From an uncultured virus (IMG/VR IMGVR_UViG_3300044701_001985) (lineage: Duplodnaviria; Heunggongvirae; Uroviricota; Caudoviricetes): a stretch of DNA of 64,000 nucleotides. This document shows positions 36,407-47,300 of this stretch, piece by piece; positions within the stretch are counted from its first letter, which is position 1; each line of letters starts with the position of its first letter. A program made the translations under genes and the position numbers. The stretch is from IMG/VR virus record IMGVR_UViG_3300044701_001985, one strand, 5' to 3'. A model generated the notes under the pieces. The model saw nothing but the letters and a program-made list of their open reading frames with translations. It made no database searches and had not been told where the DNA came from.

Positions 36407-36558
36407 ACTTCAGAACTAATTTTGCTTTGTTACAGTATCATAAATATTCTTTGACGGAAGTAGAAAATTTAATTCCTTGGGAAAGAGAAGTGTATGTATC
36501 CTTGTTAATTCAACACCTTAAGGAAGAAGAAGCAAAGAGAGCAGCAGCTAATCAATGA
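36373..36558 (+). CDS. gp51: gp51-like baseplate hub assembly ORF with no ATG; probably reached by -1 frameshift from gp26 (not in ORF track)
   Basis: RIALFQNSLEGYFRTNFALLQYHKYSLTEVENLIPWEREVYVSLLIQHLKEE... matches the cyanophage gp51 signature; its stop is coupled to the next ATG. Confidence 0.8.
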   Translation, partial: RIALFQNSLEGYFRTNFALLQYHKYSLTEVENLIPWEREVYVSLLIQHLKEEEAKRAAANQ

Positions 36559-39500
36559 TACCATCAAAAGCAATAAAACCTATTAGAAAAAACGGCAGGG
36601 ACAATACTGAAATTGCTGTCGGAACTCTTATTGCTTATCGTGTATTTCCACATACTTCAGAAGGAATAGAACAGGCAAAGAAATTAATTGCTAGTAGTGA
36701 TGAATGGTTAGTGCCATCATTGCTTCCAGAATACTATGATGGTATTGATAGCGATTTAATGACTGGTAAGGAGAACGATGCTATTCGTGCTATTACTAGT
36801 CAGTTAAAAGAATTTTATGGTATATCTTCTGCTGGAACAGCAGACTTTGTTGATACGAGAGTAGAAGATACCAAACCAAAAGTTCCTTCTGGTTTACCAA
36901 TACGTTGGTATCCTATCAATCAAGTTAGCGAAAAAATCTGGCGTAAATTAAAGGCAAGGCTTACTGGTATAAAGGATGAGTTGTTTGGAAAGCTTTCTTC
37001 TTTTGTAAATTTACCTGAACGTGATGCCGATAAGCTGATACAAAATATTAAACAATCTGGATATTATCCTGGATTAGAAAATGAATCTGGTGATAACTTA
37101 GAGAACTATATTAATTGGTTAGTAGATACATATTTACCTGAATATGGACAGACACAGGTATACAATCCAGGAGATAAATTTGTAGATGATGGCAAAGAAT
37201 TTGCTGATGAAATAGTAGATAATCTTGATACTGCTCTTGAGAAAAAGTCAGATGAGATTATGGATGCTATTGATGCCATCATAGCAGAAGATAAAAGAAG
37301 GATTGAAGAGTTCAAAGCTAAGGTTACTAGAAAGGTAAACCATCCAGAACTATTTTCAGAACTACAACACATCAAGACCCGCTACATGTGGGGACAGAAT
37401 GGACTTTATGATTTAGAATTTAAATCAGATATTGATAGAGCAATTTATTTTGCTGGTAAGTTAGGTGGCGATAATAAAGATAGTCAAGATAAAGTAGCTG
37501 TTAGGCAGTGGTTATTCTTAGCTACTGGTTTAAATGTTCGTGATGATTATGAAGAGGTTAAGGAATATCGTGCTAAAATTCTTGAACTTATTCTTCAGTT
37601 AGTAAAATTAAAACCAGATGAAACTGAAGTAATTGTTCCTCCAGTCTATGATGGATACTATCAAGATCCAGATGAGGATGAAGAAGAAGATGAAGAGGAG
37701 ATGGATGACGAAGATTATGATGATCTTTATGGTAGTAATTTAGATGATTTACTTAATGAAGTTAGAGAAGACGAGAAAGAAGATCAAGATGATGAACAGG
37801 TAATAGAAAATATTGAAGAAGAGATTGTAGATGCTGCTGGAGAAGACGAAGACGATGAGGATTTTGGATCTGAAGATGATATACCCGATGAACTATTACA
37901 GGATGAAGTAGATCCAGAACTACTTGAGCAACTACTTGATAAAATAAACAAGCCAAAAAAAGAATCCACATACACAAGCAACAAAAAAATATTTGATGCT
38001 ATTGTTGTTAACTTCGGTAGAATTCAAGCAACATTAGATACTGTAAATAAAAACTTAGAAAATCAAAATGAATTAATTAAAGCTTCTATCGAAACTCAAT
38101 TAGCAATAGGAGAATTAATTTCATCTCAAACAAATATACTTGAAGATAAATTTGGTTTAATATTACAACAGTTTGAAGCACAGGCAAATATATCACAACA
38201 ACAAAGCGAAGTACTAGAATCTAAATCGTCTGAAAATAAACTCGAAGCACAGCGAGATGCTGCTGGAATTTCTGATTATCAAGATTTAACTAAAGGACCA
38301 CAAAAAAAGAAAAGAGAAAATAAACTTGTAAAATATTTAAAGTCTAGATTAACTAGAAAATTATACCGTAAACTGCCTAAGTCTGTAAGAAATGCTAGGC
38401 AAAAAGTAAGAAAATTACAGCGTCTTCCTGGTAAAGCACAAGCAAAGGTAGCAAATAAAATAACTTCTATTCTTCCTACCCAAGGAAAACGAGCTGTTGG
38501 TGCTCTAAGTAAAGTTCGTGGCATGGGTAATGTTGGCAGGATGGCTGGTCCTGCTAGATATGTTTTTGCTGGATTGGAATATGCTGATAGAAAACAATCT
38601 GGGCAAAGCGAAGTTCAAGCATTATCTGGAGTTGGCGGAGGATTAGCTGGTGCTGCTGCTGGTGGTGCTGTCGGAGCAAAGGCTGGAGCTGCTCTAGGAG
38701 CGGCTATAGGGGTATGGTTTGGCGGTGTTGGCGCTGCCCCTGGTGCCGCTATTGGAGCCGTCCTAGGCGGCCTTGTGGGATCAATTGGTGGCGGAATGGC
38801 TGGTGGTGCTGTAGCTGATAAAGTTACTGGAGCACATGAAACTGGCACAGGATTAACTAAACCAGGCACGGCAATACTACACGGCACTGAAGCTGTTGTT
38901 AAAAAAGATGCTCCGTTGGATATGTCTCCAATGAGCACTCTTGGTGGTGTTATGTTAGCTGCCACATCACAATACATTAATTCTGCTGGCGCTGTAGCGG
39001 CACCAATTGCTCCAACATTTAAAGGTATTGCTGGGCAGATGGCTAAAGAGTATGATATTCCATCAACTGTTACTCAAACTAATGTTGGGGGGTCTTTGCC
39101 ACAACTTGATAAAGAATTGAAGAAAGTTAAAGAAAAAAGAACAGGATCTGCTGAAGAAGAATTTACTGGAAAAGAAAAAGAATTACTTGACACCCAAAAT
39201 GAGGATTTATTTGCCGAAAGACTTCTGAGTATGATCGACCCAGAAGGAAAGTTAGAAAATTTATTGAAAAATCTCAACACTGGTGGTCCTGGTGGAGGTG
39301 GAGGAGGCGGAGGAGGAGGCGGAATGGACCTCAATCTTATTGGCGATGGTGCCTTTGACACTGGTTTAAAAACAGGACCAAGCGGAGTTATTGGAGGAAG
39401 TGCTGACTTCCACCAAGACCTTTCTTTTGGACCTAACGTTAGCATGGAAGACAAGAGAAAATTAATATTACAAATGGCTGTAGCTTATGATAGAGTTGGT

Positions 39501-40229
39501 AGGAAAATGGAACTTAGCAATGCTGGCGTTGGTGGCAGAATTTTCCCTGTGAACGGAACCAAGGACGAACAAAATAAGTGGATTACAGATGCTGAAGCTG
39601 CCCATCGTGCTAGAAATGGAGGCACTGGAAGAAATGCTATTGATTTTTATACTCCAGTAAAGTCGGGAGATAGATTTGGAAGTTCTGTAGAAAATACTTC
39701 TATGCTTGCTCCCGTCATTGAAGGAGCAGAAACTAGATATTTTTCTGGTGGTGGGGCAGGTGCTGGTATGTCCATGGTCAAAGATGGTGTGGAGATATTA
39801 AAATTGATTCATGGTAGAACTGATATAGCATTACCTAAAGGAGGAAAAATACCATCAACAATAGCTAAACCTCAGCAACCACAGCCCACTCCCTCTGCCA
39901 CTGCTACCCCACCAGCTCAGGCGGTGTCATCTACTTCTCAGTTCTCGGCAGCACCTAACAATTTAATGGCGTCAGTAACAAATTTAAATTCGCCAACTTA
40001 TAATAATTTTATTTCTCCAGCTTCCCAATCTCAACAAAATACAATTGCTCAAATAGAACAATTATCTTCACAAGAAGAACAGTCAACAAATGACATGATG
40101 ATTATTAATAATCAACAACCACAAATGCCAACTATGCCAGCTAGCCAACCGCCAATGATGTTTAATTCTCCAGGTAAAACCTCTTCAGAATTGATGAAGG
40201 ATTTGCTACTTCAAAGATTAACAGCATAG
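36555..40229 (+). CDS. Large tape-measure-like tail/baseplate-hub protein
   Basis: Coiled coils, acidic tract, Gly/Ala hydrophobic region and 'LHGTEAVV'; located after gp26/gp51. Confidence 0.65.
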   Translation: MIPSKAIKPIRKNGRDNTEIAVGTLIAYRVFPHTSEGIEQAKKLIASSDEWLVPSLLPEYYDGIDSDLMTGKENDAIRAITSQLKEFYGISSAGTADFVDTRVEDTKPKVPSGLPIRWYPINQVSEKIWRKLKARLTGIKDELFGKLSSFVNLPERDADKLIQNIKQSGYYPGLENESGDNLENYINWLVDTYLPEYGQTQVYNPGDKFVDDGKEFADEIVDNLDTALEKKSDEIMDAIDAIIAEDKRRIEEFKAKVTRKVNHPELFSELQHIKTRYMWGQNGLYDLEFKSDIDRAIYFAGKLGGDNKDSQDKVAVRQWLFLATGLNVRDDYEEVKEYRAKILELILQLVKLKPDETEVIVPPVYDGYYQDPDEDEEEDEEEMDDEDYDDLYGSNLDDLLNEVREDEKEDQDDEQVIENIEEEIVDAAGEDEDDEDFGSEDDIPDELLQDEVDPELLEQLLDKINKPKKESTYTSNKKIFDAIVVNFGRIQATLDTVNKNLENQNELIKASIETQLAIGELISSQTNILEDKFGLILQQFEAQANISQQQSEVLESKSSENKLEAQRDAAGISDYQDLTKGPQKKKRENKLVKYLKSRLTRKLYRKLPKSVRNARQKVRKLQRLPGKAQAKVANKITSILPTQGKRAVGALSKVRGMGNVGRMAGPARYVFAGLEYADRKQSGQSEVQALSGVGGGLAGAAAGGAVGAKAGAALGAAIGVWFGGVGAAPGAAIGAVLGGLVGSIGGGMAGGAVADKVTGAHETGTGLTKPGTAILHGTEAVVKKDAPLDMSPMSTLGGVMLAATSQYINSAGAVAAPIAPTFKGIAGQMAKEYDIPSTVTQTNVGGSLPQLDKELKKVKEKRTGSAEEEFTGKEKELLDTQNEDLFAERLLSMIDPEGKLENLLKNLNTGGPGGGGGGGGGGGMDLNLIGDGAFDTGLKTGPSGVIGGSADFHQDLSFGPNVSMEDKRKLILQMAVAYDRVGRKMELSNAGVGGRIFPVNGTKDEQNKWITDAEAAHRARNGGTGRNAIDFYTPVKSGDRFGSSVENTSMLAPVIEGAETRYFSGGGAGAGMSMVKDGVEILKLIHGRTDIALPKGGKIPSTIAKPQQPQPTPSATATPPAQAVSSTSQFSAAPNNLMASVTNLNSPTYNNFISPASQSQQNTIAQIEQLSSQEEQSTNDMMIINNQQPQMPTMPASQPPMMFNSPGKTSSELMKDLLLQRLTA

Positions 40230-40261
40230 CAAAATAAATAGCAGGATAGCAGGTAAGTATA

Positions 40262-42934
40262 ATGTCAGCAGGAACAGTAGGCTTTACTGATACAAGAGAG
40301 GATACCAATCATATTGGTATGGTTATCAGTAGGATACTCGAAGCAAGAAAGCTTGCCGAAGATGAAAGAAAGTATGCTGAAGCTCAGGCTGAAAAATATC
40401 AAACTTCTCTCGAAGAATCTGGAATTCAAAGAGGATACTTCTTCAAGAAGGCTTTACGTTGGAAATTTGGGGGAGAATATAAACAAAAGAAACTTTCTCA
40501 ATTAAAAACATGGAAAAATCGTGGTGGTATGCTGAAGTCAGCCATCACTGGTAAGTCAGGAAGGAATAAACTTGATAAGTTTGAAAGAACTCAAGTTCTT
40601 TTTGACATGTTTAATACAGGAGATAAAGCAAAAACATTTAGAGATAAATTTAAACCACTTTATGAGGGCTTTGTAGATGATCCAATGCTCAGACCAAAGA
40701 GCAAGTGGGTGGATCCAACTACAGCAAAGAAAACACAGAAAGCCGTCAATAAAAAACAGCGAGTAAGTAAAGAAGACATCTTAGATTCTCTTGGAGCAAT
40801 CACTGAATCAATACAAAAAGTTGCTGAATCTATTGCTGAAAAAAATAAAGTAGTTGCTGACCAGATGATTCATTCTTCTGTACTACAGGGAATGATGCAC
40901 CAGCAATTGAAAGCTAATGCTAATTCTTTAGATGATAAATTACAAAAAATTATCAATGCTCTTTCAAATCAAACGGAGTTTCAAAAGCAAGCTGTAGATA
41001 AAGCCGAAACTAAAGAAACAGAAACTAAATTAGAAAAACAAAAAGATGCTGCTAGTATAGTTAATTTTGATAACCTTCTTACTAAAGAAGACGAAAGTAA
41101 AATACCAGCAACATCTGCTCAGGACATAGAGTTTCAGCAGATGTCTGCTTATGACAGAGATGATATCCCTAAAGCAGAAACAGGCGCTGTATTTTCTGGT
41201 CCTGATAGTGGATACATGGTAGAATTACATGGTAATGAAGCTGTAGTTCCCTTAGATAACAACTATACTCAAGGGGAACCTAGTGCTATTGATGGCAAAG
41301 TAAGACCAAAACCAACAGAGTCTATTGTTAATCAAAAGACTATAAATTCTACGCCCAAGTATGAAATGGGCACAACTAAAACATCTAATACATTCAATAA
41401 TATTTCGCCTGTATCATCTAATACATTCAACAACTTTCCTACTTATGAAACAGGAACAAATACTACAGTAAATGCCGCCCCCATAACATCTAAATTTGGA
41501 TTTAATACCACAAAAAATATCATTGGTACTGCTGGAGGTGGCACTACCGAAGCATCAAAACTATCTCAATCAATGGTTGATGTAATGTCACTACCAATGA
41601 TGGCTGCTGGTGGCAGTATTCTTGCCGCCACCACATATTACATGCAGCGTCTTGGTGGGGAAGGAGCTAACATCAATCCAGAAATAGAAAGAGTGGCGAG
41701 ACCAATTGCTGGAGTGTTTGGATTGCCTCCATCCATAGTAAGCGCAACTAAAAAATCAGTGTCAACAAAAAAAGAACAAGGAGCAGAAGAAGAAACTGGT
41801 GAGTCTAAGAAAAATTTATTTGCCAAATTAACTGATGGGTTTGGGAAATTACTTGAAAAACTTGGTGATAGTATAAACAAAACACCAGGACCAGGACCAG
41901 GACCAGGAAGTGGAGATGGGAGCTTGCTTCCAGGAGATGCTCCAGCAGAAATTAAAGCGTTAATGCAAACTATATCTGGTGGAGAAGGTGGTCCTAATTC
42001 CGTTCAAGGAATTGGTGAAGTACAGGGACTTTCTGACATGACTATTGATGATGCTATATCTAAAGCTAAATCATATATTGGTAATGGTTCATCGACTGGT
42101 GCTTTAGGAGCATTTCAATTTCATTCTTCTTACCTAAGAGAAAGAGCAGTTAATGCTGGTTTAGATCCAACAAAAGATAAATTTAGCATGGAAAATCAAA
42201 CTAAAATTATGAGAACTTTTATGACTTCTGTTTGGAATGCTGGTGGAGGTGAAGGAGGAGAAGCGGGCTTGGTTAACGCATTGAAATCGGGGCAGTTAGA
42301 AACTCAAGTGTTCCCTAAATTATCTAAAGATCTAGGATGGCCTTCATTACCTGGAGGTAGTCAACCAAATGTTCATACTCCAGAGGCGGCAAAAAGATAT
42401 ACAGAACATTTGAAAAAGTATGAAACTGTAGCTAATACTCCACCCCCATCATCGCCAGCAGCACAACTTGGACAAGCAATAACAAGTAATTATGGTCTTA
42501 AAGTAGGCCAAGAAAGAATTTTTAATCATCCCGAATATGGAGAAATTAAAGCACATAAGACAACAGTTGGATTTGATTTTTATGATGGGGCAACAAAACT
42601 TGACATGTCTAAACCACAGGGCAAATCAATTGTAGAATATTTTACATCTACAAATGGGGGAGATCCTGATATAATTAGACAAAGTAATAGAAATCAATTT
42701 GATCAGGCTTTAGATAGAGCAACAGAAAGAGCAAATCGAATAAGTTCAATTACTCCTTCTTCTTCTTCAAATAAATCTGTTGGCGGAGGAATAACTGTAT
42801 TAAATACAGGTGGTGGGCAACAAATTGCTTCTGCTGGTTCTGCTCCTCCTCCAAGCGGAGAAATGGGCATAGAATCTGGCAGAAATCCTACTCAAGATTT
42901 TTATAATAGTCCATTCTCGTTAGGTATTGGTTAA
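40262..42934 (+). CDS. Tape-measure-like tail protein with a lysozyme-like domain
   Basis: 'ELHGNEAVVP'; muramidase-like 'ALMQTISGGEG...ALGAFQF...FSMENQ...WPSLPG'. Confidence 0.65.
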   Translation: MSAGTVGFTDTREDTNHIGMVISRILEARKLAEDERKYAEAQAEKYQTSLEESGIQRGYFFKKALRWKFGGEYKQKKLSQLKTWKNRGGMLKSAITGKSGRNKLDKFERTQVLFDMFNTGDKAKTFRDKFKPLYEGFVDDPMLRPKSKWVDPTTAKKTQKAVNKKQRVSKEDILDSLGAITESIQKVAESIAEKNKVVADQMIHSSVLQGMMHQQLKANANSLDDKLQKIINALSNQTEFQKQAVDKAETKETETKLEKQKDAASIVNFDNLLTKEDESKIPATSAQDIEFQQMSAYDRDDIPKAETGAVFSGPDSGYMVELHGNEAVVPLDNNYTQGEPSAIDGKVRPKPTESIVNQKTINSTPKYEMGTTKTSNTFNNISPVSSNTFNNFPTYETGTNTTVNAAPITSKFGFNTTKNIIGTAGGGTTEASKLSQSMVDVMSLPMMAAGGSILAATTYYMQRLGGEGANINPEIERVARPIAGVFGLPPSIVSATKKSVSTKKEQGAEEETGESKKNLFAKLTDGFGKLLEKLGDSINKTPGPGPGPGSGDGSLLPGDAPAEIKALMQTISGGEGGPNSVQGIGEVQGLSDMTIDDAISKAKSYIGNGSSTGALGAFQFHSSYLRERAVNAGLDPTKDKFSMENQTKIMRTFMTSVWNAGGGEGGEAGLVNALKSGQLETQVFPKLSKDLGWPSLPGGSQPNVHTPEAAKRYTEHLKKYETVANTPPPSSPAAQLGQAITSNYGLKVGQERIFNHPEYGEIKAHKTTVGFDFYDGATKLDMSKPQGKSIVEYFTSTNGGDPDIIRQSNRNQFDQALDRATERANRISSITPSSSSNKSVGGGITVLNTGGGQQIASAGSAPPPSGEMGIESGRNPTQDFYNSPFSLGIG

Positions 42935-44343
42935 TGTCAGATAATATAAAACCATATGCTTCAAGTTTTCAAATTAAATCTGTAGTCATATATCGTGTTA
43001 AGTCTAACGAATCTTATGATATTACAGATCTTGTTCAAAGATTTGATTACTTCGAAAGTGTCACATCTCCTGTAGTGTCGGGAACTTTAGTGATGGTTGA
43101 TTCTGGTGCTAACCTTATATCATCGTTGCCAATACAAGGAACCGAACGAATACAGGTGAGTTTAATTGGACCAGACAATCAACAATATGATTATGATATG
43201 AATGTGTATAAAATTTATAGTAGATTTGGTGCCGAAAGATTTCAAACATATACGCTTGGGTTAATATCTAATGAAGGATTGCTTAATGAAGGTATCCGTG
43301 TTACAAAAACATTAAGTGGCAAACCAAACACAATTGTTCAAACTCTTTTAAAAGATTACTTAAAGACAGATAAAGAATTAGAAGAAGAATCAACAAAATT
43401 TAATATTATTTTCAACCCAGGAAAAAAATCTCCATTTTCTATCATCAATAGTATTCAATCTAAAGCAGTAGCAAATTCTAGCACATCTAAAGTTACAGAA
43501 AATAAAGAATCAAAAACCACCACATCAAGTAATCAAAGTGTTTCTTCTTTAAAACCAGTAGATAGTTCTGACTACGGTAGTGTGGACGGTAGTGCTGGAT
43601 ATTTCTTCTTTGAAAATAAAGATGGATATGTTTTTAAATCAATTGATACTTTATGTGCTGGAGAAAAATCAGTTGGAACATATTTTCAAGAACCTGCTGA
43701 TGTAAATTCTTCACCCGATAGAAAAATATTATCAATTGATTTCTTAAACGAGATTGATATTCTTAACAAGCTTAGAACAGGAGCATTCTCTTCTGTAATT
43801 TGTTATTACAATTATAGTACAGGTGCCTATGAAGAATATGTGTATTCTCTCGACAAATCATATGAAAGCATGAAGCATCTGGGCTCTCAAAAAGGATTGC
43901 CTTATGGTCAGAAAGAATTATCTAAGTATCCTACTCGTGTTATGAGTATGGTGTTAGACCACGAAACTTGGTATGACGGGGAGGATTCTGCTTCTCCAGA
44001 AAAAAGAGACGGAGAAAATGGAGCAACTCAGTTTCCAGATTACCAAAAGTTTTACATGGCTCAATCTATTTCTAGATTAAATTCGTTAACAAACCAGAAA
44101 GTAAAAATTAAATTAAATGGATCACCAGCTATTAAAGTTGGGGATGTTATTGACATCATGATTCCAAACCAAGTCACCCAAGAACAAAAAATTACAGAAA
44201 AATATGACCCCGAGCATAGCGGAACATATTTAATTTCCGAAGTCAATCATGTTTTTGATCCAAAGAAAAGAAGATGTTATACTTTTCTCACTCTAATTAG
44301 AGATTCTTATGGGATGAAAGATTATGCTTCTAAAACACAATAA
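42934..44343 (+). CDS. Baseplate hub protein (gp27-like)
   Basis: YFES..SP, LPIQGTERI, GYFFFENKDGYVFKSID and SGTYLISEVNHVF; located before gp5. Confidence 0.7.
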   Translation: MSDNIKPYASSFQIKSVVIYRVKSNESYDITDLVQRFDYFESVTSPVVSGTLVMVDSGANLISSLPIQGTERIQVSLIGPDNQQYDYDMNVYKIYSRFGAERFQTYTLGLISNEGLLNEGIRVTKTLSGKPNTIVQTLLKDYLKTDKELEEESTKFNIIFNPGKKSPFSIINSIQSKAVANSSTSKVTENKESKTTTSSNQSVSSLKPVDSSDYGSVDGSAGYFFFENKDGYVFKSIDTLCAGEKSVGTYFQEPADVNSSPDRKILSIDFLNEIDILNKLRTGAFSSVICYYNYSTGAYEEYVYSLDKSYESMKHLGSQKGLPYGQKELSKYPTRVMSMVLDHETWYDGEDSASPEKRDGENGATQFPDYQKFYMAQSISRLNSLTNQKVKIKLNGSPAIKVGDVIDIMIPNQVTQEQKITEKYDPEHSGTYLISEVNHVFDPKKRRCYTFLTLIRDSYGMKDYASKTQ

Positions 44344-44367
44344 ATAATATATAAAATCCTGTGTGAT

Positions 44368-47300
44368 ATGGATCCAGTATTATCATCTTTGTTTCCAATA
44401 AATCAAATAGGTTCTGATGGATTTAACTGGTGGGTTGGACAAGTTGAATCAAACAAAAACGATGATCCAAAAAATTCTGGTAGGTATCGTGTAAGAATTG
44501 TAGGTCAGCATCTGAAGGACTGTGATGCTACACCTACTAATGAATTGCCATGGGCAAACGTAATGATGCCAGTCACTACACCATTTACCGATGGTGGTAC
44601 AACTGGAGCTTCTGTAGACTTAAGACAAGGTAATTGGGTAATTGGTTTTTACTTAGATGCTGATAAACAAAAACCAATTATCATGGGATCAATTGGACAT
44701 ACAGCTGGGTCCACGCTAATAGAAAATTATGAGAAAGATCCTAATCCATCTGGAACATGTAAATCTTTTACGACATATTTTGATCCAGAAAGAAATCCTT
44801 ACAAGCACGAACCTCTACCAGAAAAAAAGAAAGATGGTGGTGAAGCTGAAGCTGACGATTCAAAATATACTAAACCTGGGCAAACTGGATTAATTGCTGC
44901 CGCTGTACCTGGAAAAGCCCCAGCAAGTTTCTATGCTTTATTTGCTGAAAACACTGCTACAAACCCAACTGGAGCAAAAGTATGTGTGGAAATCGCTAAT
45001 CCAAAATGTGGATCAGAATCTGATTTGTCTGGAGGGTTAACAAATATTTTATCTGAAATGCTGGCAGCCAATCAACAATCTGGTGGTCAGCTTGGAGATT
45101 ATTATGTCAGTCAGATTAACGGAGAGTTAAGTAATTACGAATCAATCGCCAGAACTTACGTTAACAAAGCAACAAGACTTGTATCCAGTTTTGTTTCCCG
45201 AGCAAAAGGAGAAGTTGTCAATGTAGTTAGAGAAGGTATTGATGGTTTAGTGGAAGTCACATTGATTGCTGATGTTCCAACTACAGATGAGCTTGGGAAT
45301 GTTAACACTGGACCAGTAGCTCCTGATCTTGGTGTGGAACCTTTCCAACCAATTACTAAAAAAGAAAGCAGATTAAAGCCAGTACTAGATGTAATCAATG
45401 AAATTCTTGATGACCTTGGCTGTGAGATGGCTGATTTTACAGACACTCTAGCACAGTGGCTTACTGATTTATTATTAGATATTTTCATGGAAGCATTTAA
45501 TGCTGTTACATGTTTAATTGATGCTGTAGTAGAGTCTATTATTAACGAAATTTTAAATGGACTAGAAGAAATTTTAAGTACAGTATTGGGACCTTTACAA
45601 GATTTCTTAGATACTTTAGCAGACCCACTTAATGTAATCGGATCAGCTATCAATGAAGTTTTTAGTTTACTTGGTATTAGTTGTGATGGTCCTTCCACAC
45701 AGTGTGAAAAGGTAACGAAAGAATGTACTGATTGTGGTACAGAAGATACAGAAGATTGGTTAGATAAATTAATCGAGCAATTAGAAGATGGTCCTTTAGC
45801 TGGATCTTCCATTTGTGATGAATCAAAAGAATCTACAGAAGATGAAGAAACTAGTATCGTATTTGTTGGTGGTATTTTTGAACCAGCAGAAGATGTTCCA
45901 GTTGATTCTGATGTAGCAAGTCTCGAAAATATTTTTGTTTATCGATCAAGTGATGTTCAGGTAGTAGAAGGAAAGAACGCTACGTTCACAATTTTTCGAG
46001 AAGGAAACACTTTAGTGTCTTCTAGCGTCAAATATCAAGTAATTAATGGATCTGCAACAGAAGGAATTGATTTTATCAAACCTACTAATGGAGGAACATT
46101 AGGTTTTGCTCCAGGAGAATCAGAAAAAACTTTGGTGTTTAAAACTTTAGCTGATGATATAGATGAAAATGTTGAAACATTTCAAATAAAACTTTCTGAA
46201 GGTACAACTCCAGAAGGATCTGTAGTTTCGTTCCCTGATGGGAAAATTTTTGTATGTGAAATTTTAAATTATGATTTGAATGCTATTAAAGATCCAATTA
46301 GTGAATTACCTACTGGCATTGGAGAGATTACATCAACGCAATCAACTACTATTTTAAACCCACCCGCTAATTTTATTACATCTCCTGTCAAAACTAAGAC
46401 AACTTTAAATACAATTCTTCCCACTCTTCCTACTTATACTGTTATTCCAAATAGAAATTCTTTTTTTGAAGGAGAAGAAATAACTTTTAATATAGTAACT
46501 CAAAATGTGTCTGATAACGTAACGCTATCATACACAATTTCTGGAGACATCAGTTCAAATGATGTTGATGGTGGTCAATTAACAGGATCGTTTACAGTTG
46601 TGAATAATTTTGCTGAGGTTAAAATTAAAACAACAATTAATAATGATTTTTCTACTCAAGTAGAAGATGAGGATGGTAATTTAATTGATGAAGACATTCC
46701 AGACCCAAGTGAAAGACTTATCTTTAGTATTGATAACACTAATGCTTCGGCTATTGTCACTATTTTGGGGGATGATATTCCAGAAGATCCGTATTATTTT
46801 GTTGAGTCTGATAAGATTGTTTATGATGAAGGAGAAACAATTACTTATACAATTACATCAGTAAATGTTCCAGACAATACAGTAGTTAATTACGAATTAT
46901 CTGGACCAGAAATCGAAAAAACTGATATTATTGAATATGAATTATCTGGAACATTTACTATAGTTAATAATGCTGCTACAGTTCTTGTACAAATAGCAAA
47001 AGATGCTGATATAGAAAATTCTGAGTTATTGACATTTAGTATTGTTGGCGTTGAAAATGGTGATGCTACTTCAGTAATAATTTCTGCTGATCCTATACCA
47101 GAAGACGAAGAAGTTACTATCATTACACCATCTTTCTTTGTCGAATCAGATAAAATAGAATATATGGAAGGAGAAACGGCAGAATTTACTGTAACTACAT
47201 CTAATGTTCCTGATGGAACTAATTTACAATATGTACTATACGGTTCTTCATTGAAATCAAACGACATTATCAACGGTAAATTGTTTGGAACGTTTGTTAT

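Noticed and set aside
37670..37890. Asp/Glu low-complexity tract (also poly-Gly at ~39283-39323)
   Set aside because: Coding low-complexity linkers, not independent repeat elements.
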